DNA of 64,000 nucleotides from an uncultured Alphaproteobacteria bacterium (GTDB taxonomy: Bacteria > Pseudomonadota > Alphaproteobacteria > Rhizobiales > Xanthobacteraceae). A model generated the notes under the pieces. It searched no databases. It saw nothing but the letters and a program-made list of their open reading frames with translations, and had not been told where the DNA came from. A program made the translations under genes and the position numbers. Position 1 is the stretch's first letter. Each line of letters begins with the position of its first letter. Shown in pieces: positions 19,938 to 29,023 of this stretch. Location of the stretch: NCBI GenBank assembly GCA_963828625.1, contig CAWHEX010000011.1:647041-711040 (forward strand), read 5' to 3'.

Positions 19938-20987
19938 GCCCAGCCTCCATCGGCGTAGACATCGGTGAACAGGATATCCATCGGCGGATTGGGCGCGGCC
20001 TTGCAGGCTTCGGTGGCGGACTCGACTTCCTGGTTCACGTCCGCCTCGATCTTCCCGATCTGGTCGCCCGTGATGCCGAACTGCTTCATCCGCTCGCGAT
20101 AGATGTTGATCGGGTCCTTGTCCTTCTTCCAGCGCTCCAGCTCTCCCTTGGGGCGATAGGCGCCAGGATCGGCGCGCGAATGGCCGCTGTGGCGGTAGGT
20201 GAGGCACTCGATCAGCGAGGGTCCGTCGCCTGCGCGCGCCTTCGCGAACGCCGTCTGCGCGGTGCGGTAGACCTCGTCGGCGTCGTTGCCGTCGATGACG
20301 ATCTTCGGCAAGCCATAGGCGGAGGCGCGGTCGCCGGCCGGATGCTCGACCGCCGTGATGTCGCCGATCGGCGTGTATTCCATGTAGTAATTGTTCTCGC
20401 ACACGAACACGACCGGCAGCTTCCAGATCGCGGCGAAATTCAGCGCCTCGTGGAAAGCGCCGATATTGGTGGTGCCGTCGCCGAAGAAGCAGACGGTCAC
20501 GTCCTTGTCGCCCTTGTATTGCGCGCGCAGCGCCGCCCCGCAGGCGATCGGCAGGTGCGCGCCGATGATCGCGTAGGAGCCCATCACACCATGCTCGGCG
20601 GAGGTGAGGTGCATCGAGCCGCCCTTGCCGCGCATCAGTCCGTTGTCGCGCTGCATCAGCTCGCCCAGCACTTTTTCGATCGGGACGCCGCGCGCAAGTG
20701 TGTGTGCGTGCCCGCGGTATGTGCAGAACGTGTGATCACCTTTCTTCATGGCGGTCACCGAAACCTGCCGCAATCGCTTCCTGCCCGAGAGAAAGGTGGC
20801 TCGTGCCCTTGACGAGGTTCTGCAGGAACAGGTCGTAGGCGCGCTGCTCGGCCTGCCGCAGGCGGAATTGCGAGTGATACAGCTTCAGCCGCGTCTCCTC
20901 GCCGATGTCGTCGTTCGGACGGCGGCCGTTCGATGCCGGCGCACGGGCAGCCACGCGCGCAGGCGGACGGGCAGGTTTCCTCGCCAT
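19925..20987 (-). pseudogene. thiamine-diphosphate-dependent E1 component alpha subunit (AcoA/PdhA-like), one frame break near 20750
   Basis: The N-terminus ...LYHSQFRLRQAEQRAYDLFLQNLVKGTSHLSLGQEAIAAGF is ORF 20736..20987. It continues as ..MKKGDHTFCTYRGHAHTLARG...GDGTTNIGAFHEALNFAAIWKLPVVFVCENNYY in ORF 19925..20773. Confidence 0.8.
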
Positions 20988-21045
20988 TTCGGGGACCTCT
21001 AGGGGGTTCTTGGCTCAGCGATTTGTAACAGGGGGGCAGGGGAAA

Positions 21046-21945
21046 TCAATCAACCGGATTTCGCCGCGGTCCCACCATGCGCTCGCGGTAGAGCAGGTAG
21101 AGGCCGGACGCGATCACGACCGCGACGCCGGACAGCGTCCAATTGTTAGGCTTGTCGCCGAACACAATATAGCCGAGCGCGATCATCCAGACGATCTCGG
21201 TGTAGATGAACGGCGCGAGCACCGAGGCGGGCGCGAGGCGATGGCCGATGATGAGCAGATAGTGGCCCATCCCGCTGAACAGGCCCATCGAGCACATCAG
21301 CAGAATGACCCGCCAGTCGCTCTGCGGCGTCCAGATAAACGGAAGGATCATTGTGGCGAGGATCGCGCCCACCAGATTGGAATAAAAGTTGGTCGTATCG
21401 GTGCTGTCGTGGCGCGAGAGGATGCGTGTCGAGATCGAGTAGATCGCGTAGCAAACCGCGCCGAGCGCCGAGAGGCCGGCCGCCCAATGGATGCCGCCCG
21501 CGCCCGGGCGCGTCACAAGCAGCACGCCGCAGAAACCGACGATGATCGCGGTCCAGCGCCGCCAGTGAATCCATTCGCCAAGGATCGGTCCGCCGAGCGC
21601 CGCCACGAGGAACGGCGTGCAAAAGATAATCGCGATGGCCTGGTCGAGCTGCAGGTAGCGCAACGCGAAGAAGTTGAGTGCCGTCGAGACGAACAATAGC
21701 GTGGAGCGGCCGAACTGAAGCCACGGCCGCGACGTGCGCATGACCTTTGGGTTGCCGATCGGGTTCGCGAGCGCGATGGCGAGTACGAATGCCGCCATGT
21801 AGCGCGCCCACACGACCTGCATCGTGTGCATGAAGTCGTTGAGATATTTCGCGACCGCGTCGTTGAACGCGAACAGCAGCACGGCTGCGCACATCAGTGC
21901 GATACCGGTCAGCCTGTCGCGTTGCGTTCGCTCCTGTGGCGTCAA
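21046..21945 (-). CDS. DMT superfamily (EamA/RhaT-type) transporter
   Basis: This is the C-terminal ~300 aa of ORF 21046..22725. It has ten hydrophobic segments (LTGIALMCAAVLLFAFNDAVAKY...). A likely TTG start at 21945 overlaps the upstream stop (TTGA). The exact start is uncertain. Confidence 0.75.
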   Translation of the reverse strand: MTPQERTQRDRLTGIALMCAAVLLFAFNDAVAKYLNDFMHTMQVVWARYMAAFVLAIALANPIGNPKVMRTSRPWLQFGRSTLLFVSTALNFFALRYLQLDQAIAIIFCTPFLVAALGGPILGEWIHWRRWTAIIVGFCGVLLVTRPGAGGIHWAAGLSALGAVCYAIYSISTRILSRHDSTDTTNFYSNLVGAILATMILPFIWTPQSDWRVILLMCSMGLFSGMGHYLLIIGHRLAPASVLAPFIYTEIVWMIALGYIVFGDKPNNWTLSGVAVVIASGLYLLYRERMVGPRRNPVD

Positions 21946-22697
21946 TACGTCGCCCGTCCGCCAGAAATGTCGAACACCGCACCGGTGGTGAAGGAGTTGT
22001 CCGCCGACGCGCACCAGGCGGCGAGCGATGCGATCTCCTCGACCTTGACGAACCGTGCGCGCGGAATCTTCGAGAGCATATAGTCGATATGCTCCTGCTT
22101 CATCTGGTCGAAGATCGCGGTTCTGGCGGCCGCCGGCGTGATGCAGTTCACCGCGATGTCGTGGCCGGCGAGTTCCTTGCCGAGCGACTTGGTCAGCGCG
22201 ATCACGCCGGCCTTGGACACCGAGTAGGCCGAGGCGTTCGGGTTGCCTTCCTTGCCGGCGATCGACGCGATGTTGACGATGCGGCCGTATTTCTGCGCGA
22301 TCATGCCGGGCGTCAGCGCGCGGCAGCAGTGGAACGGGCCGTCGAGATTGATGCGCATCACCTGCGCCCATTCCTCGACCGGATACTCCCATGTCGTGGC
22401 GTTCTTGCCCGCGATGCCGGCGTTGTTGACCAGAATGTCGACACGGCCGAGCGCCTTCACGGTGTCGTCGCGCGCGCGCTCGACGTCCTTCAGGTTCGTC
22501 ACGTCGCAGGCGACTGCGATCGCCTTGCCGCGGTTGTTCAGTTCGCCCACGGTCTTTTCGGCGAGCGCCTTGTCGCGATCCCAGATCGCGACCGTCGCGC
22601 CGGAATCGAGGAACCGCTCGACGATCGCGCGGCCGATGCCCTGCGCGCCGCCGGTGACGACGGCGTTGCGGTTGGCGAGATCGATCTTGTTGGGCAT
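21942..22697 (-). CDS. SDR family oxidoreductase
   Basis: 251-aa ORF with VTGGAQGIGRAI, NNAG and YSVSKAGV (YxxxK). Confidence 0.9.
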   Translation of the reverse strand: MPNKIDLANRNAVVTGGAQGIGRAIVERFLDSGATVAIWDRDKALAEKTVGELNNRGKAIAVACDVTNLKDVERARDDTVKALGRVDILVNNAGIAGKNATTWEYPVEEWAQVMRINLDGPFHCCRALTPGMIAQKYGRIVNIASIAGKEGNPNASAYSVSKAGVIALTKSLGKELAGHDIAVNCITPAAARTAIFDQMKQEHIDYMLSKIPRARFVKVEEIASLAAWCASADNSFTTGAVFDISGGRATY

Positions 22698-22824
22698 GGC
22701 GGATTTCCCCGGTTTGGCGCGGCATAACTACCGAAGGTCATTAGGTCACGCGAGAGGCGAATTGTCAGGGGTGGACTGTGGAACGCGGGGTTGAAGAAGC
22801 TTCGGATTTCCTCTAATCGTCCGC

Positions 22825-22900
22825 TTGCGGGGCCTGCGACGGTCGCCCCGTCAGGCTCGCAAGGCCCAAGTGCCGTCTCCTTCCCGAGAGGAGGAGACCT
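22825..22900 (+). promoter_or_regulatory. structured 5' leader, copy A (paralogous to 24074..24154), with an SD-sequestering hairpin
   Basis: About 90% identical to copy B. It forms hairpins CGGGGC(22828-33)/GCCCCG(22845-50) and GTCTCCT(22875-81)/AGGAGAC(22892-98). The second covers the GGAGG SD just upstream of the ATG at 22901. Confidence 0.55.
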
Positions 22901-23290
22901 ATGTTTGCGAGCCATTTTTCTTCTATAGCCGTGCTTTCGCTTGCCGCCTTTGTGTTCGTTTTCGGCACGTCGCCGATGAGCGCTGCTGCGGCTCCGCTTT
23001 GCAAACCGGCGCTCGCCTTCAAGGATGTCCGGTTCTCCGACACCCAGCCCGAGACGATGGAACGCCGCTGGACCGCGCTCCTGTCGGTCGACGCCTCGCG
23101 CTGCACGACGCCGTCCGGACGCTTCGAGATTCTGTTCTCGCGGCAAAAGGAAAACGGGCCTGAGGTGGATTTCATCGAGCAGTTCACCTGGAAGCCTGAC
23201 GCAGTGGAAGTCTCGATTGATTTCTGGGCCGACGAAGCCGTCGAGGGCTACGCACTCACCGGCATCGCGCCATGCCCGTGCCGTGAGTGA
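22901..23290 (+). CDS. hypothetical secreted Cys-containing protein
   Basis: 129-aa ORF with a signal peptide (MFASHFSSIAVLSLAAFVFVFGTSPMSAAAA). I do not recognise a family. Confidence 0.55.
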   Translation: MFASHFSSIAVLSLAAFVFVFGTSPMSAAAAPLCKPALAFKDVRFSDTQPETMERRWTALLSVDASRCTTPSGRFEILFSRQKENGPEVDFIEQFTWKPDAVEVSIDFWADEAVEGYALTGIAPCPCRE

Positions 23291-23300
23291 GGCGGCGGTC

Positions 23301-24056
23301 ATGGACGCAGTGACAATCGGCCTCTTCCTCGCGGCGGCGTTCTTCGGCGGCCTCGTCTCGGGGCTCTCGGGCTTCGCGATGGGACTCGTGGTGTCCGGCG
23401 TGTGGCTGCACATCATCACGCCGGAACAGAATGCGTTGCTGATCGTGTTGTGCGGGCTGGTCACGCAAGGCTCGGGAATCTGGCGCGTACGTCACGCGAT
23501 CAACTGGCGCACCGTTGCGCCATACATTGTTGGTGGAGCGATCGGCGTCGCCATCGGCACTGCGCTGCTGACGGCGATCGATCAAGGCACGCTGCGCATC
23601 ACGATGGCCGTGCTGCTGATCCTCTACAGCCTTTACGGCTTGCTGCGGCCGGCGCTTGGACCGGTGCGGGGCGGCGTTCCCGCCGAGTTTGGCGTCGGGA
23701 TAACGAATGGGCTGATCGGCGGGCTGACCGGATTGGGCGGCATCGCCATCACCATCTGGTGCCAATTGCGCGGCGGGCCGAAGGATGCACAGCGCGCGAT
23801 CTTCCAGCCGGTGATGTTCTCGACCTTCGCGATGGCGGCCGTCTCGCTTGGCATTGCGGGCGTGTACACGGTCGAAGCCATGAAGCTCTATGCGCTGGCG
23901 CTTCCCGCGCTGGTCATCGGCATCTGGGCCGGGCTGAAGCTCTACGGCAAACTCGACGACACGGCGTTCCGCCGCGTGATTCTGGTCCTGCTGCTTGCGT
24001 CCGGCGTTTCGCTGATGGTGCCGAGCGTGATGCGGTGGACATCCTTGCTGAACTGA
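23301..24056 (+). CDS. TauE/SafE (TSUP) family sulfite/organosulfonate exporter-type membrane protein
   Basis: Inside ORF 23025..24056, starting at MDAVTIGLFLAAAFFGGLVSGLSGFAMG. It has 7-8 TM helices and an internal repeat (..GITNGLIGGLTGLGG..). Confidence 0.75.
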   Translation: MDAVTIGLFLAAAFFGGLVSGLSGFAMGLVVSGVWLHIITPEQNALLIVLCGLVTQGSGIWRVRHAINWRTVAPYIVGGAIGVAIGTALLTAIDQGTLRITMAVLLILYSLYGLLRPALGPVRGGVPAEFGVGITNGLIGGLTGLGGIAITIWCQLRGGPKDAQRAIFQPVMFSTFAMAAVSLGIAGVYTVEAMKLYALALPALVIGIWAGLKLYGKLDDTAFRRVILVLLLASGVSLMVPSVMRWTSLLN

Positions 24057-24073
24057 GCGCCATCGAATAATGT

Positions 24074-24154
24074 TTGCGTACGGGGCTCACGACGGTCGCC
24101 CCGACAGGCTCGCAAGGCCCAAGCGCCGTCTCCTTCCCGAGAGGAGGAGACCCT
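24074..24154 (+). promoter_or_regulatory. structured 5' leader, copy B (paralogous to 22825..22900), upstream of the rhodanese-ChrB gene
   Basis: It has the same two hairpins and the same SD-sequestering stem as copy A. The identity continues into the first six codons (MLASYF versus MFASHF). Confidence 0.55.
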
Positions 24155-24988
24155 ATGCTTGCGAGCTATTTCGTTACACCCCATGAACTCTGGTCGCGTA
24201 TCGGCACCCCCGACGCGCCGATGATTCTCGATGTGTGCCGCCGGCAAATCTACGATGAAGGTCCGGGGGTGATTCCGACAGCACAGTGGCGGCAGCCCGA
24301 AACCTATCTCGATTGGCTGCCCGGCCTACCGATCGATCGGCCGATCGTGCTCGCCTGCCGTTATGGGCATAATTTGAGCCAGATGATCGCCGCGGAGTTG
24401 CGCGGGCGCGGTGTGTCAGCGCAGGTGCTGGAAGGCGGCCGCGTGGCCTGGAGCGAAGCTGGTTTGCCGCTGATCACGAAGGTGGCGCTCGACCGCTTTG
24501 TGCCGAAACGCCCAAGCCTGTGGGTGACCCGCCGGCGGCCGAAGATCGACCGCGTGGCGTGCCCGTGGCTGATCCGGCGCTTCATCGATCCGCAGGCGCG
24601 CATCCTCTTTGTCGACCCGCCGGAAGTCAAAAACATAGCGGCTGACATCGGCGCGATCCCGTTCGACATCGAGGATATCGAGATCAGCCACGAGGGCGAG
24701 CGCTGCTCGTTCGACACGATGCTCAGGGTCTTCGGGCTGGAGAGCGACCCGCACCTTGCGCGACTCGCGCTGATCGTGCGCGGCGCCGACACGGCGCGGA
24801 ATGACCTGGCGCCTGAAGCCGCCGGTCTGCACGCGATCTCGCTCGGCCTGTCGGCGCTCGCGGGTGACGACGATCACGGGATGATCGCGCGTGGCTTCAT
24901 GGTCTACGATGCGCTGTTCGCTTGGGCGCGACACGCCGCGTCGGAGCGGCACAATTGGCCCAAGACCGCGCAAGACCGGGCGGCGTAA
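24155..24988 (+). CDS. rhodanese domain fused to a ChrB C-terminal (chromate-resistance) domain
   Basis: Inside ORF 24074..24988. The N-terminal ~110 aa are rhodanese-like with the active-site loop LACRYGHNLS. The C-terminal part has WVTRRRPKIDRVACPWLIRRFIDPQARILFV...IPFDIEDIEISHEGERCSFDTMLRVFGL, typical of the ChrB C-terminal domain. Confidence 0.75.
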   Translation: MLASYFVTPHELWSRIGTPDAPMILDVCRRQIYDEGPGVIPTAQWRQPETYLDWLPGLPIDRPIVLACRYGHNLSQMIAAELRGRGVSAQVLEGGRVAWSEAGLPLITKVALDRFVPKRPSLWVTRRRPKIDRVACPWLIRRFIDPQARILFVDPPEVKNIAADIGAIPFDIEDIEISHEGERCSFDTMLRVFGLESDPHLARLALIVRGADTARNDLAPEAAGLHAISLGLSALAGDDDHGMIARGFMVYDALFAWARHAASERHNWPKTAQDRAA

Positions 24989-24989
24989 G

Positions 24990-26333
24990 ATGGCGGTGCA
25001 AACAGAAACTGTGCCGGCGGAAGCCGCGGCCGCGCCTACCTTCGGTGAGGCGTTCCGCGTCTGGCTGAAAATAGGCTGCATCAACTTCGGCGGGCCGGCC
25101 GGGCAGATCGCCATGATGCACCGCATGCTGGTCGACGAGAAAAAATGGATCGATGAGCCGCGTTTCCTGCACGCGCTCAATTTCTGCATGCTGCTGCCGG
25201 GCCCAGAGGCGCAGAAACTCGCGACCTATATCGGCTGGGCGCTGCACGGGGTGCGCGGCGGGCTCGCGGCCGGCATCCTGTTCGTGCTGCCGGGCGCGCT
25301 GTTCATGCTGGGCCTGAGCCTGCTCTATGCGCTGGGGCAAGGTGTCACGTGGGTCGAAGGTGTGCTGTTCGGCATCAAGGCGGCGGTGCTGGTGATTGTC
25401 GTCGAGGCGTTGATCCGCATCGGAAGGCGCGCACTCAAGACGCGACTCCTGATGGCGCTCGCTGGCGCTGCGTTCGCGGGCATTTTCTTTCTCAACGCGC
25501 CGTTCCCGCTGATCGTCGCCGCCGCAGCGCTGATCGGCTATCTCGTGGCGCGTACGCGCCCCGAGCAGATGGGGCTGAAGAACGAAGCCATCGAGGTGAC
25601 ACCGCCCGCGCCGGACCGCTGGCGGCAGTTCTTTCTCGCGGCAGTCGTCGGACTGATCGTGTGGTGGGCGCCGGTCGCGCTCGCGGCGCTGGCGCTCGGG
25701 CCGGACCATGTGCTGGTCACCATCGGGACGTTCTTTTCTAAATTGGCGGTGGTGAGCTTCGGTGGTGCCTACGCGTTGCTTGCCTACATGGCGCAGCAGG
25801 CGGTCGAGACGCATCACTGGATGACCGCGCCCGAAATGGTCGACGGGCTGGGCCTGGCCGAGACCACGCCGGGGCCGCTCATTCTCGTGACGCAGTTCGT
25901 CGGCTTCCTCGCGGCGTTCCGCGATGCCGCACCGTTCTCAGCCGTGATGGCCGGTGTGCTCGGCGCCGCGATGACCACGTGGGTGACGTTCACACCCTCG
26001 ATGCTCTGGATCTTCGCGGGCGCGCCGTTCGTCGAGCAACTGCGCGGTAATCGCCGGCTGTCAGGCGCGCTTGCGGCGATCACCGCCGCCGTCGTCGGCG
26101 TCATCCTCAACCTCACGGTCTGGTTCGCGCTGCATGTGCTGTTCGGCCGGGTGACGGAAGTGCGAGCGGGGTGGCTGCGCTGGTTTGCGTTCGATCCGCT
26201 CTCGCTCGACCTGAAGGCGGCGGCACTCGCCGCAATTGCCGCCGTGCTGGCGTTCGGCCTGCACCGCAGCCTGATCGAGACCGTCGCCGTGATGGCGGCG
26301 CTCGGCGTCGCGGTGAAATACGCGCTCGGCTGA
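24990..26333 (+). CDS. chrA: chromate ion transporter (CHR family, two-domain)
   Basis: Inside ORF 24891..26333, starting at MAVQTETV. The first half has CINFGGPAGQIAMMHRMLVDEKKWI and the second half has VVSFGGAYALLAYMAQQAVE. Confidence 0.9.
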   Translation: MAVQTETVPAEAAAAPTFGEAFRVWLKIGCINFGGPAGQIAMMHRMLVDEKKWIDEPRFLHALNFCMLLPGPEAQKLATYIGWALHGVRGGLAAGILFVLPGALFMLGLSLLYALGQGVTWVEGVLFGIKAAVLVIVVEALIRIGRRALKTRLLMALAGAAFAGIFFLNAPFPLIVAAAALIGYLVARTRPEQMGLKNEAIEVTPPAPDRWRQFFLAAVVGLIVWWAPVALAALALGPDHVLVTIGTFFSKLAVVSFGGAYALLAYMAQQAVETHHWMTAPEMVDGLGLAETTPGPLILVTQFVGFLAAFRDAAPFSAVMAGVLGAAMTTWVTFTPSMLWIFAGAPFVEQLRGNRRLSGALAAITAAVVGVILNLTVWFALHVLFGRVTEVRAGWLRWFAFDPLSLDLKAAALAAIAAVLAFGLHRSLIETVAVMAALGVAVKYALG

Positions 26334-26334
26334 G

Positions 26335-27339
26335 CTATTTCGGCCGCAACTCCACGCCTGCGCTCTTGTTGACGAACTGCAGGGTGTACGACTTGCGGAA
26401 GTCGACAGTCGGCTTAACCACGCCGGCTTTCACCATCTTGTCGAAGAAGCTCGCCATGCGGGCGTCGGTCATCGCGCCGATGCCGAGCTTGAGCGCGTCG
26501 CCGCTGTCGACGATGCCGTATTCCTTCATCCTGGCGATCGAATAATCGATGAGCTCCTGACTCATTTCCGGATTGTGCTTGCGGATCAGCTCGTTCGCGG
26601 ACTTGTTGTCGCCGTAGAGATAATTGTACCAGCCGATCGCCGAAGCATCGACGAAGCGCTGCACCAGATCGGGCCGCTTCTCCACCACTTCGCGGCGCGT
26701 TTCGATCAGCGTCGAGTAGGTGTTGAAGCCGTGGTCGGCGAGCAGGAAGATCTTCGGCTTCACGCCGGCCTTCTCGACCGCGTAGGGCTCGGACGTCACG
26801 TAGCCCTGCATCGCGCTGTTCCTGTCGACCAGAAACGGCTGCGGATTGAAGGTGTAGGGCTTCACCTTCTCTGGCGCGAAGCCGAACTCGGCCTGCATCC
26901 ATTTGAAATAGCTTTGCTGGCCTTCGGACGAAATCAGCAGCGTGAGGTTCTTCAGGTCCTCGAATTTTTCCGCCGTGCCCGGATGCGCGAGCAGCACCTG
27001 CGGGTCCTTCTGAAAGCTCGCCGCGACCACGATCGTCGGAATGTTCTGCGCAACCGCGTCGAAGCTCTGCAGCGAATTGGCGCTCATGAAGAAGTCGATC
27101 TTGCGGCCGAGCAGCAGCAGGCGGTTGTTCACCTGCGGGCCACCCGGCACGATGGTCACTTCGAGGCCGTACGTCTTGTACGTGCCGTCCGCGACCGCCT
27201 GATAGAAGCCGCCGTGCTCGGCCTCCGCGACCCAGTTGGTGCCGAACGAAACCTTGTCGAGTTGTTGGGCGTGCGCCGGCGCGGCGAGGAGCGTCAGCGC
27301 CGAAGCGGCGAACGCGCGGCGCGTCAGGGAGACGAGCAT
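26335..27339 (-). CDS. ABC transporter substrate-binding protein, NMT1/THI5-like (nitrate/sulfonate/bicarbonate family)
   Basis: 334-aa ORF with a signal peptide (..ASALTLLAAPAHAQ) and FGTNWVAEAEHGGFYQAVADG. Confidence 0.75.
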   Translation of the reverse strand: MLVSLTRRAFAASALTLLAAPAHAQQLDKVSFGTNWVAEAEHGGFYQAVADGTYKTYGLEVTIVPGGPQVNNRLLLLGRKIDFFMSANSLQSFDAVAQNIPTIVVAASFQKDPQVLLAHPGTAEKFEDLKNLTLLISSEGQQSYFKWMQAEFGFAPEKVKPYTFNPQPFLVDRNSAMQGYVTSEPYAVEKAGVKPKIFLLADHGFNTYSTLIETRREVVEKRPDLVQRFVDASAIGWYNYLYGDNKSANELIRKHNPEMSQELIDYSIARMKEYGIVDSGDALKLGIGAMTDARMASFFDKMVKAGVVKPTVDFRKSYTLQFVNKSAGVELRPK

Positions 27340-27428
27340 TCAAGGCTCCGATGGGTTGAAATTCGCGCGGACCATATTCGCTCGTCGTCGCGCGCGAAAG
27401 CGGGTGAGCAGTAAACATTGCTTGAGAT

Positions 27429-28265
27429 TTGTGCTTACTGGATGCCGCGCCTGCGCGAGGCGTGACGCCGGAGAGAGACGTGGCCGACTGGCTTTCGCTG
27501 ACGACCGAGGAATTCGGCGCGGATCGCATCGCGGTGCTGCCGGTCGCTGCCGTGGAGCAGCACGGGCCGCACCTGCCGGTCGGCGTCGATACCTATATCG
27601 CGGAGGCCTATCTCGGTCGCGTGCGTGCGCTGCTGCCGCCGGATGTGCCGGCGGTGTTTCTGCCGGTGCAGGCGATTGGCGCGTCCGACGAGCACCGCGC
27701 GTTCCGTGGAACGCTGACGCTCTCGCCGCAAACAACGCTCGCGACGTTCATCGAGATCGGCGAGAGCGTCGCGCGCGCCGGTATCCGCAAGCTTATCGTC
27801 ATCAACAGCCACGGCGGTAATATCGCGCTGATCGATCTTGCGGCGCGGCAGCTGCGCGTGCGTCACGCCATGCTGGCGGTGCACGCCTCGTGGGGCCGCT
27901 TCGGTTATCCGGAGGGACTGTTCTCGGCGGCCGAGCGCACCCACGGCATTCACGGCGGCGATATCGAGACCTCGATCATGCTCGCGGCGTATCCCGATCT
28001 CGTGCGGCGGGAGAAGATCGCGGATTTCCGGCCCGCCACCTATGCGATGGAGCGTGACTACAAGCACCTGCGCGCGGATTTTCCCGCCGGGTTCGGCTGG
28101 ATGACGCAGGATCTGCACCCCTCTGGCGCTTTGGGCGATGCGACGCTCGCGACCGCTGAAAAAGGCGAATTGGCGCTCGATCATGGCGCGCGGGCCTTCG
28201 TGGCGCTGCTGCGGGACGTGCAAAAATTCGACCTCAATGGCCTCGCGCCCGGGCCTCTCGGCTGA
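27429..28265 (+). CDS. creatininase family amidohydrolase
   Basis: 278-aa ORF with motifs VAAVEQHGPHLPVGVD, VINSHGGN, HGGDIETS. The start is uncertain (TTG at 27429 or GTG near 27462). Confidence 0.8.
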   Translation: MCLLDAAPARGVTPERDVADWLSLTTEEFGADRIAVLPVAAVEQHGPHLPVGVDTYIAEAYLGRVRALLPPDVPAVFLPVQAIGASDEHRAFRGTLTLSPQTTLATFIEIGESVARAGIRKLIVINSHGGNIALIDLAARQLRVRHAMLAVHASWGRFGYPEGLFSAAERTHGIHGGDIETSIMLAAYPDLVRREKIADFRPATYAMERDYKHLRADFPAGFGWMTQDLHPSGALGDATLATAEKGELALDHGARAFVALLRDVQKFDLNGLAPGPLG

Positions 28266-28314
28266 CTTGCCGGTGCTACAATCGCCTGGCGACTCACACG
28301 CACGGGGGTGACAC

Positions 28315-28911
28315 ATGAGCGCGATCGATACCGGAGCGGGCGGGGCCGCGAAGGAAGAAAAGCGTTTCGGCAAGTCGCTGAACGATCTCGTCGCCGTCAC
28401 CGTGGTGATCCTCACGGTGTTCATGGCGATCTCGAAGACCAAGGACGACAACATCAATCAGGCGATGCAAAAGGCGAAGGCCGACTCCGTCGACGCCTGG
28501 GCCGAATACCAGTTCGCGCGCGTGAAGCTGCATGTCGACGAGAACGGGCTGCACCAGCTTCGGCTCCTGGAAACGACCGGGCTGGTGAACAAGGATCTCG
28601 CCGCCAAGCAGACGGCCGAATACGAAGCCGACATCAAGAAATACGAAGGCCGTTCGAAGGAGACACGTGCGAAGGCGGAGCGGCTCGAAGCCGAATACGA
28701 GCGGTTGAATTTCCGCGACGACCAGTTCGACATGTCCGACGTATTTCTCTCGATCGCAATCGCGGTGTCCGCGGTCGCCGCGCTGGTGGACAATTTCGCG
28801 CTTCTCTATTTCGGCTGGGCCAGCGGCATGATGGGGCTCATCTTCGGAACCGCGGGCTTTGCGGGCTGGAATTTCCGCCCCGAGTGGTTGGCAAGCCTGC
28901 TGGGGACATAG
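28315..28911 (+). CDS. DUF4337-like membrane protein
   Basis: 198-aa ORF with an N-terminal TM helix, a long charged coiled region (KAKADSVDAWAEYQFARVK...) and two C-terminal TM helices. Confidence 0.5.
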   Translation: MSAIDTGAGGAAKEEKRFGKSLNDLVAVTVVILTVFMAISKTKDDNINQAMQKAKADSVDAWAEYQFARVKLHVDENGLHQLRLLETTGLVNKDLAAKQTAEYEADIKKYEGRSKETRAKAERLEAEYERLNFRDDQFDMSDVFLSIAIAVSAVAALVDNFALLYFGWASGMMGLIFGTAGFAGWNFRPEWLASLLGT

Positions 28912-29023
28912 ATGCGGTCTTGCTGAGGGCCGTCAGAGCGGACGGGCATCGGTAAGTATCTATAATTACTTATATTTCTGTGACAGTCGCTCTCGCGTGG
29001 ACAAGCGCAGTGGCTGGACAGCT

